Shown: positions 1 to 13,214 of the stretch, one piece after another
How positions within the stretch are numbered: the first letter of the stretch is position 1
How the letters are laid out: each line of letters opens with the position of its first letter
DNA from: Lama glama
Lineage: Eukaryota
Length of the DNA: 64,000 nucleotides
Assembly: GCA_028534125.1 (NCBI GenBank)
Contig: CM052829.1
Coordinates: 18,662,001 to 18,726,000 of the forward strand
Direction: 5' to 3'
Made by a program: the position numbers and the translations under genes
Notes under the pieces: model-generated
What the model was told of the DNA's origin: nothing
Databases searched by the model: none
Seen by the model: only the letters and a program-made list of their open reading frames with translations

Positions 1-1274
1 CAGTTAAAAGCTGGAAGGATGTATAACATATGGTTTCCTCTGAGGGATGGGGTAGAGATTTTCACTATTTTCTTCCTTTTAAATGATTTTTTCAATGATG
101 CTTATATTATTTGTAATTAGAAAATATAAAACAGACATAAAAAGTAAGAAATATATGGTACAAAAGGAAACTCAGAACTAAATTTGCACATAGCTCTGAT
201 TTTAAATGTCTAAAGGAAAGAAATTTTAAAATAAAATTACTTAGGGTAGTCCTAAATCTCTGGAGTCAGACAGGTTTCACAGAGATTTTTACCTTGCTTT
301 CTCCACTGGTTTCTCTGGGATTATCTGCTGCGGTGATGGATGGAGGGTCTAGAAGGATTTGCCTGGGATCAGGATGCCAGTGTGTGGCGCCAGAGAGTCA
401 ACAACCCCCAACTGCAACGCAACTGCCAGAGCAGGGTTGGGTCCCCCAGTCAAAGAAAATCAGAAACCCGTGTGTGTCAAACCAATAATGTGATCTATTG
501 AGCCATTTTTTAAACGTCTCTAAATAGTCTTCCGTTGTTCCATGCACCGTCACTGAAAGCCAAGGAAGGTGATAAGCAGTTGCTATCAGGTAAAACCACC
601 TGACGCAGCTGCTAGTTTGGGCAGAGAGATGCTCTAAGGACATGAAAACATATCTTTAATGTAGCAGGACATTGACTCGTAGGGAATAAAAAGGATATTA
701 GAAATTAACTTGGGTGCTCTTCTGGGACACAAAACACTTGTGTTGGAAGCAGAAATTCCCTCAGAGAAAATTACAGCAAATAGGCCACAGCTACACAATA
801 AAGAACAGCCCCAAATATACAAATGAACATGCCTCTTTGAACAAGTAACTGTATATCTTTACAGCATCACCTTCAAGGCCAACAAATTTCATCTCCTTTA
901 CAGCTTTATAAGTCTTCAGCAAGACAATTTAAAAAACACTGCTGTTTATTAAAATTTTACCCCATACATATTTGTAAAAAAGAGTTTGATGGAAAGGAAA
1001 TCCATATGGTAGTAAATTAATTTTGTGAATTATTAATTAGCTGACACTTTCATCTAAGTAAGAGAATCATGAATCTTTCTCAGCCTTTCCTTTTAAAGAG
1101 ATAATAAAGTTAGGCTGTAAAAGGATTCACAACATCCGGCTGGAATCCAGTTGATAAAGTCTAGGCAAACAGTTATTGGCGCACACTTGCCTTTCTCCTT
1201 ATAGGAAGGGAAATTTCAAGAGTAACTCTGCAAACAAAATAATTTTTATGGAATGAAGGCAACATTGTGCAGTA

Positions 1275-1425
1275 ACATGTGTATTTGACTAGGAGGTAAG
1301 ACTACTGGGTTTAGGCCCAGTTCTGCTACTTATTAATACGTGAAATTATATAGCTCATCTTGAACAACCTTTCTAAACACTAAACATCAATTTCTTTATC
1401 AAAAGATGGGCTTGAACTAGATGTT
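1275..1425 (+). mobile_element. MIR SINE fragment (degenerate)
   Basis: 'gactaggaggtaagactactgggtttaggcccagttctgctactta...aatttctttatcaaaagatgggcttgaactagatg' resembles the MIR core and 3' end. Confidence 0.55.
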
Positions 1426-1602
1426 TATAGTTCTCAAATATAATTGCAGATTTTAACAAAATGCTTCAGGGTATATATATCCAGGTTACTAATTCACAGG
1501 GAATTGATAATAATGTTAGAATGTGGAGGAATTCAAAGCAGAGTCATCTAAGCAAGGATTTAAAACTTATTAGAATGAAAAATAAAGAAAATGGGAATGA
1601 GC

Positions 1603-1682
1603 AAAAGAAGGAACAGTAGGAAAGAGGAGGGGAGAGAAAAAGGAAAGGGAGAGGTGAAGGAAAGAAAGAGAAAGAGCGGGAG
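1603..1682 (+). repeat. Purine-rich (GA) low-complexity tract
   Basis: About 80 nt almost entirely A/G. Confidence 0.85.
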
Positions 1683-3051
1683 TAGGTTAAATTTAGAATG
1701 ATTTCAAGTTTTAATCTACAAACTCATCTTTATTGACAAAGTTGATTCTGTTTTTCAGTGATACTGTTCTTAAAATGTGCTTTTAACTTATACTCAGCAA
1801 AAAAAGCAGAAACTGTTCTTGAATGAAAAAAAAATTTAGGAGGATTTGCGGGCTATTTCCTGACTTTATCTAAATATATATTCAATTCTACACTACATTT
1901 TGTGGCTTTTACTGACCAAAATTATAATAGTGGTTGTCTTTTAACAGTGATCTTTCCTTGTTTAAGGCTACAGAAGTCATGACTGGTAAATTTGATCAAG
2001 GTAAACTATTTGCTTCAGTTCTTTTTATTGGACATGAAATTGATATAGTAAAAATTTGAAGATCAAATAAATATATCTGGAAATACTAAAACCATTGGTT
2101 ATGTAAATTAACAATTCTTCTCATTTCAGGATCCTTTTTCTAACAAGTATGTTATTTAATTTGAAAAATCTAAACAAGTATTTTTTTACCCAACTCCCAA
2201 AATCAGATTTAGCAGCTAACATAAACCCTAATTCCTTTAACAATATCATAGAATAGACTGTGTCAATGAACACAATCTAGAAGGTGTTTTTCCTTATATT
2301 CCACTCATTTTAATTTATAATTAATGTCTATTATTATTTAATAAAGTTATTCTCTATTTGTAATTATTGACACCTTTGTATTTAAGTGCTTCTTCAGTCT
2401 AGACAGGATACACTTATCTGTATTATAAATAATAGATAAATGATTAGTGTGCCATTTGCTGTTAATGTGATTGATGGAGTCCCCATTACACTACTTCTCA
2501 GTTCTTATTTTAGCTCTGATGCCAGTGGGCTCTGTCATTGTACAATGCCTACAACGCCTGCATAAAAATGAATGAGGCTCCTCATGTTTCTCAAATCTGT
2601 TCTTCTTGTTTTGTCGTTTCATAAAAATGGTGTTAAAAATGGAATGGTACAAAATGAAGCTTCAAATCAGAGTGTATTTTGCTCAGTTACCACATTGCTA
2701 TATAAATTTTTTTTTCAGAGGCAGAATCTTGGGACTATTTGTAGGAGGTGTGAAGGAAAAGAGACTAGAATAGGAGTGCCTTTTCAGGGCTGGGTTTACT
2801 GAGGTGATGCAGAGCGACAACCTGGAGCTGCTGCTTCCTCCTATTCAAGTTCACAGAGCTTGTGAAAGGTGACCAGAAGGCTGAGGCTGGGGACTTCAGG
2901 TGAACCTCAGGAAGGCTGAAGAGGCCTCTGCCCATCAAGCAAATGTCCATGCATCACCCTTACTCGCCCTAAAAGTAAAGGAAACCTAGTGCATGTTTGG
3001 AAACATCCTTGCTTTATTTCTGTCAAAAACAGGAAACAAAGAATAGGCTTA

Positions 3052-3124
3052 AATTACATGCAATATAATGTGTATGTGCAGTCAAACTGTAATAATTCTA
3101 CATAATAAGACTGAAAAAGGAAAA
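3052..3124 (+). mobile_element. Very short 5'-truncated L1-like 3' tail flanked by a 14-bp TSD
   Basis: Perfect direct repeat aaagaataggctta at 3038-3051 and 3125-3138 around an insert ending 'ataagactgaaaaaggaaaaa'. Confidence 0.55.
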
Positions 3125-3189
3125 AAAGAATAGGCTTATATTAAATACATATATTATGTATATATACCTATAATGTTTATAGTGAGAAT

Positions 3190-4320
3190 TAGATTAAAAT
3201 TGGAGAAAACATATCCATGATTACAAGATACAAAGTTCTAACATACCTAGTGTCCAGGTTATGGTTTTTAACTCTATTCTCCAATAAGAGAATTAGGCTT
3301 TTGGGGGAAATGGCTGAGTCTAGGACTGGGGCAGGCAATACACCAGATAAGCCTGGAGCATTTTGTAGTGTCAAAAAGCAAGGAAGTCTTCAACAGCAAT
3401 GACAGAATCAAAGATGGCGGTATTCCAGAGGGAAACAGGAGCCAGCGGAATGCACTCCCGGTGGCCAAAGCTGGAACAATTTGAGCAAGAAAAGATATAA
3501 TGAAAAGATATAATGTAATATTGACTTCTAACCCAAAGTATTTAACAAATATCCATGAGTTTCTTCCTGGTGTAAATGAATGAATGAATGAATAATGAAC
3601 AATGCAGGAGATTTCCAAATAGTTTGTATAGATAGTGCCTCCCCAAGGAGGTGGAGAATAACTTCTACCCCTGAAGTATGGGCTATTCACGGTGATGCTG
3701 TTCCAAAGAGCACAGTATGGGAAAGAGGGGAAGAGTGACCTCACAGTGGAGCAGCCTTAAGAACACCAGCTCAGCCGGGTGATCAAGCTTCACATTGTCA
3801 GTGGTAAGTCATGTTGACAGCGTGTACCCTTGAAATGAGGTGGTAAAAATAATGCTCTACCTTTGTGTTCTTCCTCCCCCAAATTCACAATGCCTGTCAG
3901 TCGTGAGGGGAAAAAAATCATACAAGTACAAATTGAGGGAGATTCTACAATGTGCTGGAATAGTATTCCTCAAAACTGTCAAGGTCATCAAAAAAAAAAA
4001 AAAGTCAAGTCTGAGAAACTGCCGCAGTCTAGAGGATTCTAAGAAGACATGTGAATAAATGATATTCTGGGTAGGATCCTGGAATGGAAAAGGACAATAG
4101 GTAGAATCTAAGGACATCTGCGTGAAGTGTGGACGTTAGTAAGTAATGACGTATCAATGCTGACTCCTTAGTTGGGACAAACGTGCTTTGCTAATGCCAG
4201 GTTTTAACAACTGGAAAAACTAAGTACAAGGTTTATGAGAACCTTCTGTACTCTCTTTGCAAGTTTCTTATAAATCTAGAACTTTACTAGAATAAAAAGT
4301 TCATTTAAAAATAAGTTTTT
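3190..4320 (+). mobile_element. LINE-1 L1MC-type (L1MC3/4-like) 3' UTR
   Basis: Diagnostic 'gaaatggctgagtctaggactggggcagg...gcctggagcat...ggccaaagctggaacaatttgagc...', ending 'ctctttgcaagtttctta taaatctaga...aataaaaagtt'. Confidence 0.8.
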
Positions 4321-4519
4321 AAAAAGTTTTAGCTTTAAAAAGAGTATTAGACTGCAACATCAAAGTAAATAGAAGTCCTAATTCATAGGACGCCAATAAT
4401 CCAAGATTTAGACTAAAAATTACACCTAAAGCTGTTTGAAACAGAATTAATCAAGATAGCAAAAAGTTACAGAAAATTGGGGAACATAAGAATAAAATTA
4501 TCATATTAGGCAGCCATTC

Positions 4520-4850
4520 GGTGTCAATTTTTAAAAAGTATCCTGGCATACGAAAATGCATATAAAATAATACTAAATGAAAAGATGATATACAATTATA
4601 TACATAATGTGAACAACAAATACTCACTTAGAAAAACAGGCAAAGAATATAGCTGGGCAAAACAAATTTAAATGGTAAAGGAGACACATTTGTAACTATT
4701 TTTAAAAATTAAAAATAGCAAAATACAGGACAACTGTGAAAAGGGCAGCTGACACTACCCAACATTGCTGGTGATAGTGTATTTTGGTCCAAGCGTTTGG
4801 GGGGAATTTTAGCATTATGTTTTGAAAGACTTCAAATAGGCATACCATGG
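4520..4850 (+). mobile_element. Old L1M (L1ME-like) ORF2 3' fragment
   Basis: 'aaaaacaggcaaagaatat...cattgctggtgatagtgtattttggtcc' resembles the degenerate L1 ORF2 end. Confidence 0.45.
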
Positions 4851-4899
4851 TCCTATTTGAAGTTGCAAGTCCTGAGTCTGACTACCCCAAGATATTCAA

Positions 4900-5295
4900 A
4901 GCCCCTCTTCCTGCCTTGTCCTATTATGGAATCAGTAAGGATAAATAACCACCCATCTTTGTAGCAAGGATGTCCTTCGATGGAATGCAGGTTCCAAACA
5001 AATGATGAAGTTTCGCAAGGGGAAAGCTTTGAGCTCTCCCTGCTTTGGACCAACCTTACTAACACATGTATGTAAGTGCAGCAGCCATCTTGCCACACAG
5101 AGGATGCAAGCCAGATGCCAAATTTGGCAAAGCTGAAAATCAGAAGACAGGCTTTCTGATGGTATCCTTGAGCACCGGTATCAGGCTGTCCCTGACTCCT
5201 GACTTTTTTGTGGCCTGAAACAATTAAACCTCTTACTTTTAAAAACCACTGTGGTCTGATCTTTTTGTTGCCTGTAGCCAAATGCAATCTTAATA
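4900..5295 (+). mobile_element. MaLR LTR (MLT1J/K-like)
   Basis: 'gcagccatcttgccacacagagga...aaaccactgtggtctgatctttttgttgcctgtagccaaatgcaatcttaata', typical MLT1 3' half. Confidence 0.6.
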
Positions 5296-5339
5296 GTTTC
5301 AAGAAAGAAATAGGGAAATAGCGCTTTGAAGGGTATAAC

Positions 5340-5660
5340 TTGAAGCAAACTTTCTACAGGCAATACAGCAACATGTGACAAAAACTTTTAAACTTTAATA
5401 CATACATATTTCCCCTATTTGCATTTATTCAATGGGAAAAATGACAGATGTGCATAAATTTTCAAACATATGTATATTAATTTGACCACTGTTAATAATA
5501 TAAGAAAATGACTCCTTCATGGCCCAACAATATATTATTTAGCTAAGTATTGTAAAATATTTGCATAAATTCTGGTACAATCATCCAACAGAAATCTTCA
5601 CAGTTATTAAAATTCAGGTTGTATAAATTCACAGGAAAAGTTTCATCATAAATGTAAGGA
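5340..5660 (+). mobile_element. Old L1ME fragment
   Basis: 'aactttctacaggcaatacagcaacatgtgacaaaaac...tctggtacaatcatccaacagaaat' resembles the L1 ORF2 end/3' UTR. Confidence 0.4.
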
Positions 5661-5694
5661 GTTTTTTTTTAAAGATGTAGGTACCATCTGATTT

Positions 5695-5885
5695 TTAATA
5701 ATTGTAATAATTATTATTGATACATAATATTAATGGAGTATAATAATAGATATAAATATATAGTAGTCTATACTATCTTGATATATAATACATATATGTT
5801 AATATGATATGATATGATATATAATCTATAAAATTAAATGTAATTGTATGATATAAAATACACAAAAGTATAATTATATTTATGT
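5695..5885. repeat. AT-rich low-complexity tract
   Basis: Degenerate (ATAT/ATATG)n tract. Confidence 0.75.
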
Positions 5886-5894
5886 GGACAGAAA

Positions 5895-6004
5895 CATTTT
5901 GGGTGGTAATCATATTGCAATATATAAATGTAAAAAAATCAACATGTTATACACTTTAAACTTCCACAATGACAGTGTCAATTATACCTCAATTAAAAAA
6001 AAAA
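5895..6004 (+). mobile_element. L1MA8-10-like 3' terminus with poly(A)
   Basis: 'ggtggtaatcatattgcaatatataaatg...atcaacatgttatacactttaaac...gtcaattatacctcaattaaaaaaaaaa'. Confidence 0.7.
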
Positions 6005-7451
6005 TTAGGAGGAATTTAACCAAAATTATAACAGTGATTGTCTTTATAGTCATCTTTACTTTTTTGCATTATATTTCACAGTTTTTGCATTATATTATTC
6101 TATATTTTCAAAGTTTACATTAATCTTGTATTACTTTTTAAACCAGGAAAGAATGCATATCATTTTTTTAAGTTTAAATCATGCTTAGAAATAGGCTATG
6201 ATATGAAAGTAAAGTCAATAAAGTTATTTTTCAAATGGTTTGAGATAGCCTTACTCCTGATTAAATGCATTCCACCATAAGAAGAATTACTCTGCTTTGT
6301 GTTTTAGGGTCTAAAAAGTCACAATTTTGTATAACTGTGAAGCTGGTCTTGCACGTGTCAATACAACTTTCTTATGTGTTCCATGGAGTAGAGAGACAAC
6401 AGTGTTTTAAACACAGGCCTTGGAAAATCTGGGAATTTGAGCTCTAATTTTGGATTATTTACATCTTCAACTGTGTTTCCACTAAGTCTCTTCACTCTTC
6501 GGGAATTCTATTTTCTTATATGTAAAAGGACATCTTCTATTATTAAATCAGGAGACATTCTGGGAAAATGATGTGTTCAATGACACTATGCCCCTGGCAA
6601 AGGGTGAGCTGAAGTGCTTTTCTTTCATTTTATCACATACTACCTCACTCATCTCCAGAACCTCCCAAAAGGCAGATAAGCAACAGATGTTACCATTACA
6701 ATCATTGGATGAAGCAGTGGAGTAAACAGGCATAGTGGGATGAGGATAAGTTGATTTGCAGAGCACGTGGGAGGAGAAGCTTTCAGAGCCAAGGAGGAAT
6801 CCAGGGTTACAGTATCAGGTGAAAATGTACTCGCTCAACATTCCAGAGAAGAAACTCCTTCTGCGCTGCCGGGCTTCTCCAGGCTATTCAAGGCCATCTC
6901 CCAGGGTAGAATGAGAGATAGCTGCTCATGTGACTACCCTACGAAGTAGAAAATGGCACAGTACGTGGAGAAAAACCCAGGAAAGGACTCACATTAGCAC
7001 ACTTTTGGTCCCTTTATAGTTTTTTTAGGCTTTCCCACCTAAAAAGGACTTGCTATCTGCGCAATTCAATGGCCTGATGTGTTCTTTATCCCTGGCGTGG
7101 CTAAGTTAACCAACCTGACTGGGATAAGGATGGAGGAGATTCCTTCTATCTTTACTTTTTTTAAAAAAAAATTGGAGAAGTTTTAAAAAAAAAAACCACT
7201 TAGACTTGAGGGGAGATATGAAAATGTAGAACGGCATACAATGTACTCCTGAAAAAAATGTCAGGACTCTGTTCCCTCTTTCTCTGTTTATTTTTGCCAA
7301 CCTGGATGGAGAAATGTGGCAGTGTCTACTTTCTGAGGGTTTTTTTTCATTTTTATAAAAGCCTGGAATTTTACCTGTGTAGCTTCAGGATGTGGGCTAC
7401 TCTTCACATACTGTGATTCCAGTTACATGCTAATCATAACAGTTTTTACTC

Positions 7452-7951
7452 NNNNNNNNNNNNNNNNNNNNNNNNNNNNNNNNNNNNNNNNNNNNNNNNN
7501 NNNNNNNNNNNNNNNNNNNNNNNNNNNNNNNNNNNNNNNNNNNNNNNNNNNNNNNNNNNNNNNNNNNNNNNNNNNNNNNNNNNNNNNNNNNNNNNNNNNN
7601 NNNNNNNNNNNNNNNNNNNNNNNNNNNNNNNNNNNNNNNNNNNNNNNNNNNNNNNNNNNNNNNNNNNNNNNNNNNNNNNNNNNNNNNNNNNNNNNNNNNN
7701 NNNNNNNNNNNNNNNNNNNNNNNNNNNNNNNNNNNNNNNNNNNNNNNNNNNNNNNNNNNNNNNNNNNNNNNNNNNNNNNNNNNNNNNNNNNNNNNNNNNN
7801 NNNNNNNNNNNNNNNNNNNNNNNNNNNNNNNNNNNNNNNNNNNNNNNNNNNNNNNNNNNNNNNNNNNNNNNNNNNNNNNNNNNNNNNNNNNNNNNNNNNN
7901 NNNNNNNNNNNNNNNNNNNNNNNNNNNNNNNNNNNNNNNNNNNNNNNNNNN
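7452..7951. other. Assembly gap (500 N)
   Basis: Run of N. Confidence 0.98.
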
Positions 7952-8250
7952 TATGCCACAATTTGTGTATCCATTCACCACTTATTGATGAGCATTTGAG
8001 TTATTTACAGTTTTGGTTATTGTAAATAAAGTTGCTATGAATATTAATATACAGGTCTTTTGGTGGACATGTGTTTTCATTCCTCTTGTGTAAATATCTA
8101 GAAATGGGATTGTTTGGTTTTATGGTAAGCATATGTTAACTTTATAAGAAACTGTCAAATTGTTTTTCCACAATGGCATATCTTTTGCATCCTATCAGCA
8201 ATGAATGGAAGCTCCAGTTACTTCACACCCTCACCAACATGGAATATAAT
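7952..8250 (-). mobile_element. L1M (MB-like) ORF2 C-terminal region
   Basis: 'atccattcacc...tgatgagcatttgagttatttacagttttggttattgtaaataaagttgctatgaatatt...cagcaatgaatggaagctccagtt' is the antisense L1 signature. Confidence 0.8.
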
Positions 8251-8269
8251 CTATCTGGTTACATAGTTT

Positions 8270-9090
8270 ATGTGTTTTTTAATTTAAAATTCTAATGTTT
8301 GTTAATTTTTATCACAAAATATAGTGTTCTAATTGTAGAATATTTAGAAAGAGTTGAAACACATTCATAAGAAGACAAACCACAACACCATGATCCCAAC
8401 CTGTTGGAGACAACCACTGCTATAATTTGGGAGTGTTTCTTTTTTATATTTTCCTATATATGTTATATATAGTACAGAAGGGTCATATTATATAATAGTT
8501 TTTATATATCCTGTTATATTTTCACCAACTGTATTTTCTTAGCTCTTATTTCTCTAGTCGTTTGGAAGGTAAAATTACATTTTTTTCTATTAGTGATTAT
8601 CCTTTTGTTATTAAAAGCAGTTAGAAATATTTCTGTCTCTGTTTATCAAGGTTAAGAATGTGACTGTATCAATTAATTACCACCTGTGTAAAATGAGAAA
8701 TCTTTCAGGCTTTTACTGTCCTTACTGTCTCTCCCCACTTCACAATGTTGATTGATGTAATCTGGAATTTAGATCTAAAGTGTTACGGTTGTTTTACATT
8801 ACTAACTTTCCTTTGAAAGCATTTTTGAAGTTTTCATCAAATTTGCAAAATTTTTATTCTTCAAATAATCTTATCCTCTCTCCAAAACTCAAATCACACA
8901 TGTGTTAAACCACCTGATATTGTTCCACAGGTTACTGATGCTCAACTTATAGGTGAAAAAAAAAAGTCAAAAATTTTATCAGAGATCACAAACTTGCAGT
9001 GCCTGTTGCCAAATGTCTAAAAGCATTTGTTCCGTGTATTTTGTTCAGTGCTCCAGCTGTTTATGGTGAGAAGATAAATCTGAGTTCTGT
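8270..9090 (-). mobile_element. Degenerate L1ME fragments (3' UTR and 5'/ORF1 pieces)
   Basis: 'ctaattgtagaatatttagaaa...gagacaaccactgctataatttggg' and 'cacatgtgttaaaccacctgatattgttccacagg...tgttgccaaatgtctaaaagc'. Confidence 0.45.
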
Positions 9091-9754
9091 TGTTGAATGA
9101 AGTCTGTATAGCAAAGTCTACTGTTTTGCTTTTGATTTGCTAAGTTAAGTCTCACAAAGTCACTGTTTCCTAAATGCGTTTTCCCCTAGATTGACCTGTG
9201 TTTCGAAGGCTGTAGAGGGCTTTCTGCTTCACTTTTATGATTCAGTTCCTTAGAGTAGGACCTAAACAAGAACAGAGACCATATCAAGCTTGTGAAATAA
9301 ATAATGAATAAAACGTTGAAATGCTCTCCAGGTCAAAGTGACACTAAATAAAGATGGGCTGCATCTCGAGGGCAGTAACCAGACTCTTCCTTGAAGGGAG
9401 AGCTTTGCTTCCATCAAGTACAAGTTTATGAGTGCTCACTAGGCCCTTGGAAGGGAAGAGTTAATTAAACAAGAAATGGAAATGGTTCTGGACCATTTTT
9501 GGTTGCTAAGAGTTCTAATATCAATAAAGTCATACCTAAAAATAGTAACTACCAAATTAAATAAATAATAAACCAACATTCTGTACCAGGAAAAGAAAAA
9601 GAATATATATTATATAGAGGCAATTAGGACCTTAAGTGTATTTATTTCAGTCCATGATTGGAAACCTTTTATGAATGCCCCATGACCTCAAGATGATTGG
9701 GATACAGACCCTTTCGTATCTGTCTGAATTCTATCTTCCTAGACTCTTCTCTTG

Positions 9755-10700
9755 TTTTTTCCCCAGCCTTATGGAGATATTACTAACATACAACATATGT
9801 AAGTTTAAGATGTACAATGTGATGACTTGATGCATGTATATGTTACAAAATGATTACAGCAATAAGGTCAGTTAAGACCTCCGTTCCCTCACATGATAAC
9901 CTTCTTTGTGGTGATAATATTTAAGGTCTCGTCTCTTAATAACTTTCCAGTATACAATACAGTATTTAATTATAGTCACCACACTGTGTATTAGGTCCCC
10001 AGAACTTACTCNNNNNNNNNNNNNNNNNNNNNNNNNNNNNNNNNNNNNNNNNNNNNNNNNNNNNNNNNNNNNNNNNNNNNNNNNNNNNNNNNNNNNNNNN
10101 NNNNNNNNNNNNNNNNNNNNNNNNNNNNNNNNNNNNNNNNNNNNNNNNNNNNNNNNNNNNNNNNNNNNNNNNNNNNNNNNNNNNNNNNNNNNNNNNNNNN
10201 NNNNNNNNNNNNNNNNNNNNNNNNNNNNNNNNNNNNNNNNNNNNNNNNNNNNNNNNNNNNNNNNNNNNNNNNNNATCCACTCATCCACTGATTGACACTT
10301 AGGTTTGTGTTCATGTCTTGGCTTTGTGAACAATGCTGCAATGAACCTGGGAGTGCAGGTCGTTTTTATTTCCTTCAGATATAGACCCAGAAGTGAGGTT
10401 GCTGGATCATATGGTAGGTCTATTTTTAACTTTTGAGGGACCTTCTTACTGGGAAACCATAACGGCTGTACCAATTTTTTTNNNNNNNNNNNNNNNNNNN
10501 NNNNNNNNNNNNNNNNNNNNNNNNNNNNNNNNNNNNNNNNNNNNNNNNNNNNNNNNNNNNNNNNNNNNNNNNNNNNNNNNNNNNNNNNNNNNNNNNNNNN
10601 NNNNNNNNNNNNNNNNNNNNNNNNNTTAGTGATGTTGAGCATCTCTTTGTATATCAATTGGTCATTTGTATGTTTTCTTCGGACAAATGCCTAGATTCTT
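9755..10700 (-). mobile_element. LINE-1 (L1MA9-like) 3' end with ORF2 C-terminus relic, interrupted by two gaps
   Basis: ORF 9872..10657(-) translates as LVQPLW..KLKIDLPYDPATSLLGLYLKE..TCTPRFIAALFT..KPKCQSVDEW, matching the L1 ORF2p C-terminus; antisense 3' UTR 'gtaagtttaagatgtacaatgtgatgacttga'. Confidence 0.9.
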
Positions 10701-10779
10701 CCTTTGACTTGCCTGCTCTGCCACTCCTCTACTGCCCGCTATGTGCCCATGATCATTCTCGCCACCCGATGAGCACCTA

Positions 10780-11050
10780 CACAGTTTTTATGACCCAGCT
10801 TCTCTGGGAAACTTTTCCTGGTTCACTCAGATATAGTTTCTTACTTCTTCCTCTGTGCTTCTATACAGTTAGGACTTTTATTTATCATAGTGTATTTTGA
10901 GTATTTTTAAATCTGTTTTTATGGTTTATAAATTGGTTTATGAAGACTGTGAATTTCTCCTATTCATACTTTTATCTCTAAATTATAATATTGTAGTTGA
11001 CACATTCTAGTCATATAATAAAGAAGTGCTGGAAAAATAAATGAATCAGT
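10780..11050 (+). mobile_element. L2 3' end fragment
   Basis: 'cttctctgggaaacttttcctg...gactgtgaatttctc...tgctggaaaaataaatgaat'. Confidence 0.5.
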
Positions 11051-13214
11051 GAGTGAGGGGATTAATATGAAACACCTTAATGAGGAGACATGGAATTGCT
11101 TTCATAGAGTGAAACTAGAAGGAATTTGCTCACTATAAATTTATACTAGACAGAACAGAATCAGCTCCTCTCCTGGCAAACCTTCCTAGTTTGGGGAATG
11201 GGTTTGTGGAAGAACAACAAAATGTGTAGAGAAAGGAAAAGTAGGAGTCACTCAGAGTAGGGAGTACTTCCCTGAGTCTTGACCAATTTAATTGGTTGCC
11301 TTATTGAAAGGTGTCTTCTTTTAAAGAGTCAGTTTTGTCAAGGAAATCTTTGTGGAAAATGTGGAATTTAAGGAACTTTTCCCTTATCATTATAGGAACA
11401 AAAGATTAAGTAGGTGATTGCATATAGGCAAATTACCAAAAAAATTACAATAGGGCAATTCTTTTGAAATTATAGTATTTTGGGATACCAAGTAGATGGT
11501 ATGAATCACTGGAAGACATTCATCTAGTTAAAAACACTGGTTTAAAAAATATTTTCTTACTCTATTTACTTATTTCTTCTTCAGCTGCCCACAGGTCAAA
11601 GAATAAAATGATTATGCAGAAGATGAATAAAGGGCATTCTCAGGAAACTTAGACAGGCTCCAATTTCAATAAAAATCTCTATTCACCCATCCACTCTACC
11701 ATCCATATGAGGACCCAGGGGTCTAAACAAAAGCACAGTACTAGACAAACAGAATATTAACCAGCATAAAATAAATGTTCGTAATGAATTCATTGACAAA
11801 AGCATAATTCTTCTGGAGGAAGGAGGAGGTAGTAACAAACAAGTTCTACCTTGGTCCAATGGAGGAACTTGGGCATGCAGTGTCACTCTGCTGCCATGGA
11901 AAGGAGAGGTCTGTGTTCTACATCTTTTATACCAAACCATTCATCTACTTCTTACAGATAAAAGGGGAAGTCTGTAATTATTATGTTGCTATGTATTAAT
12001 AGTTAATTTGATGAACACGACAGACTTTAAGTTCTATAAAAATTCACCAAAAACAATTTAAAAAATATCTTAATACAGATAGCTTTCTACCATATTCAGA
12101 TTTTTACTCTGTCTCAACTCTGAGTACTCTTTCATATTAAGTCTAAAGAGAAATATAGAGTCTTATAAAATATTCTTAACTTACAAATATGATAGAAAAA
12201 AATAAAGACACTCATTCTAATGATTTCAGTATTATGGCTGACATATTGAGATGTTAAAATACATTTTAATGTTTACAAATAAGAATAAACTCAGTTATGG
12301 TAAATATGCATATATATGATACGGTAAATTATATATATGACAAATTTCCACCTCTAATTATGGGAAAGAAGCACAGCATACAATGAATGCACACAATTTT
12401 GCATTAAAAGTATTATGGAAATCTGCTGATCCTTTAGCAGACATTGTCACACCACATATCATGACATTATATCTCATCTGAATTAGGCACAATTTTCACC
12501 TAGAATGAAGAAGCAGATGTTTTTGACCTGAATGATACCTGAATGTGACAGGAGTTGTGGTGAGTTTCTTGGTCATCGAATAGCAGAGAAAGCAGGTATG
12601 AGTGTAAGAAAGAGCTATGGTAAGGGAAGGAGACTCTGTCAGAAATCTGGAACTGTCACATGACCTTATGAACTTAATTAGATTAGATAGCAAACTAAAA
12701 TGACTCTGAGGTCAGGGCATTCAACAATCAAAATACAATTCAGTAGTCAGGGCCAAAACTGGGGACATACAGGAACTCACATCCAAATACCAAGGTAGTG
12801 TATAAGAATAAAATCTTTATTTGAAAGTGTCCATGACAGATACTGAACATATGTTAACTTACCTTTCATGAAACAGGAAATATCTCACAGGAGTAATGTG
12901 GCTACCAGCCAGCGTGCATACTCTTGAGCAAGTCACTTAACTTCTTTGATCTTTAATTTCTTTATGTAAAATTCATACAGTGAGAGCCCTTTAGTGCTGC
13001 GATCTCCATAGCACAAAGCACTCCAAGTCCTATACACTAAAGACTAGTAATACAGGACAGTTCTCAAGTGTGATTGAAAGATCTCTCGGCAGCCTATTTG
13101 TCTTTCCCTTTGAGAATTCATCTTGATAGGCATAAAGCACTGTGTTATGGGGATTTCAAGATGAATAAGACACACTCCCTGCTCTTAGGAAGAAACTTCT
13201 TAAGAATAATATCA

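Noticed and set aside
1940-2905. Exon-like AG...GT segments (about 1948-2000 and 2719-2900)
   Set aside because: Weak splice signals and no coherent reading frame; indistinguishable from chance without expression data
3274-3744. 156-aa ORF on the - strand
   Set aside because: Antisense to an L1MC 3' UTR, with no protein-like features
7423-7999. ORFs of 170-190 aa
   Set aside because: Almost entirely X, produced by the 500-N gap
9872-10657. 261-aa ORF as a gene
   Set aside because: A decayed L1 ORF2 C-terminus joined across gaps
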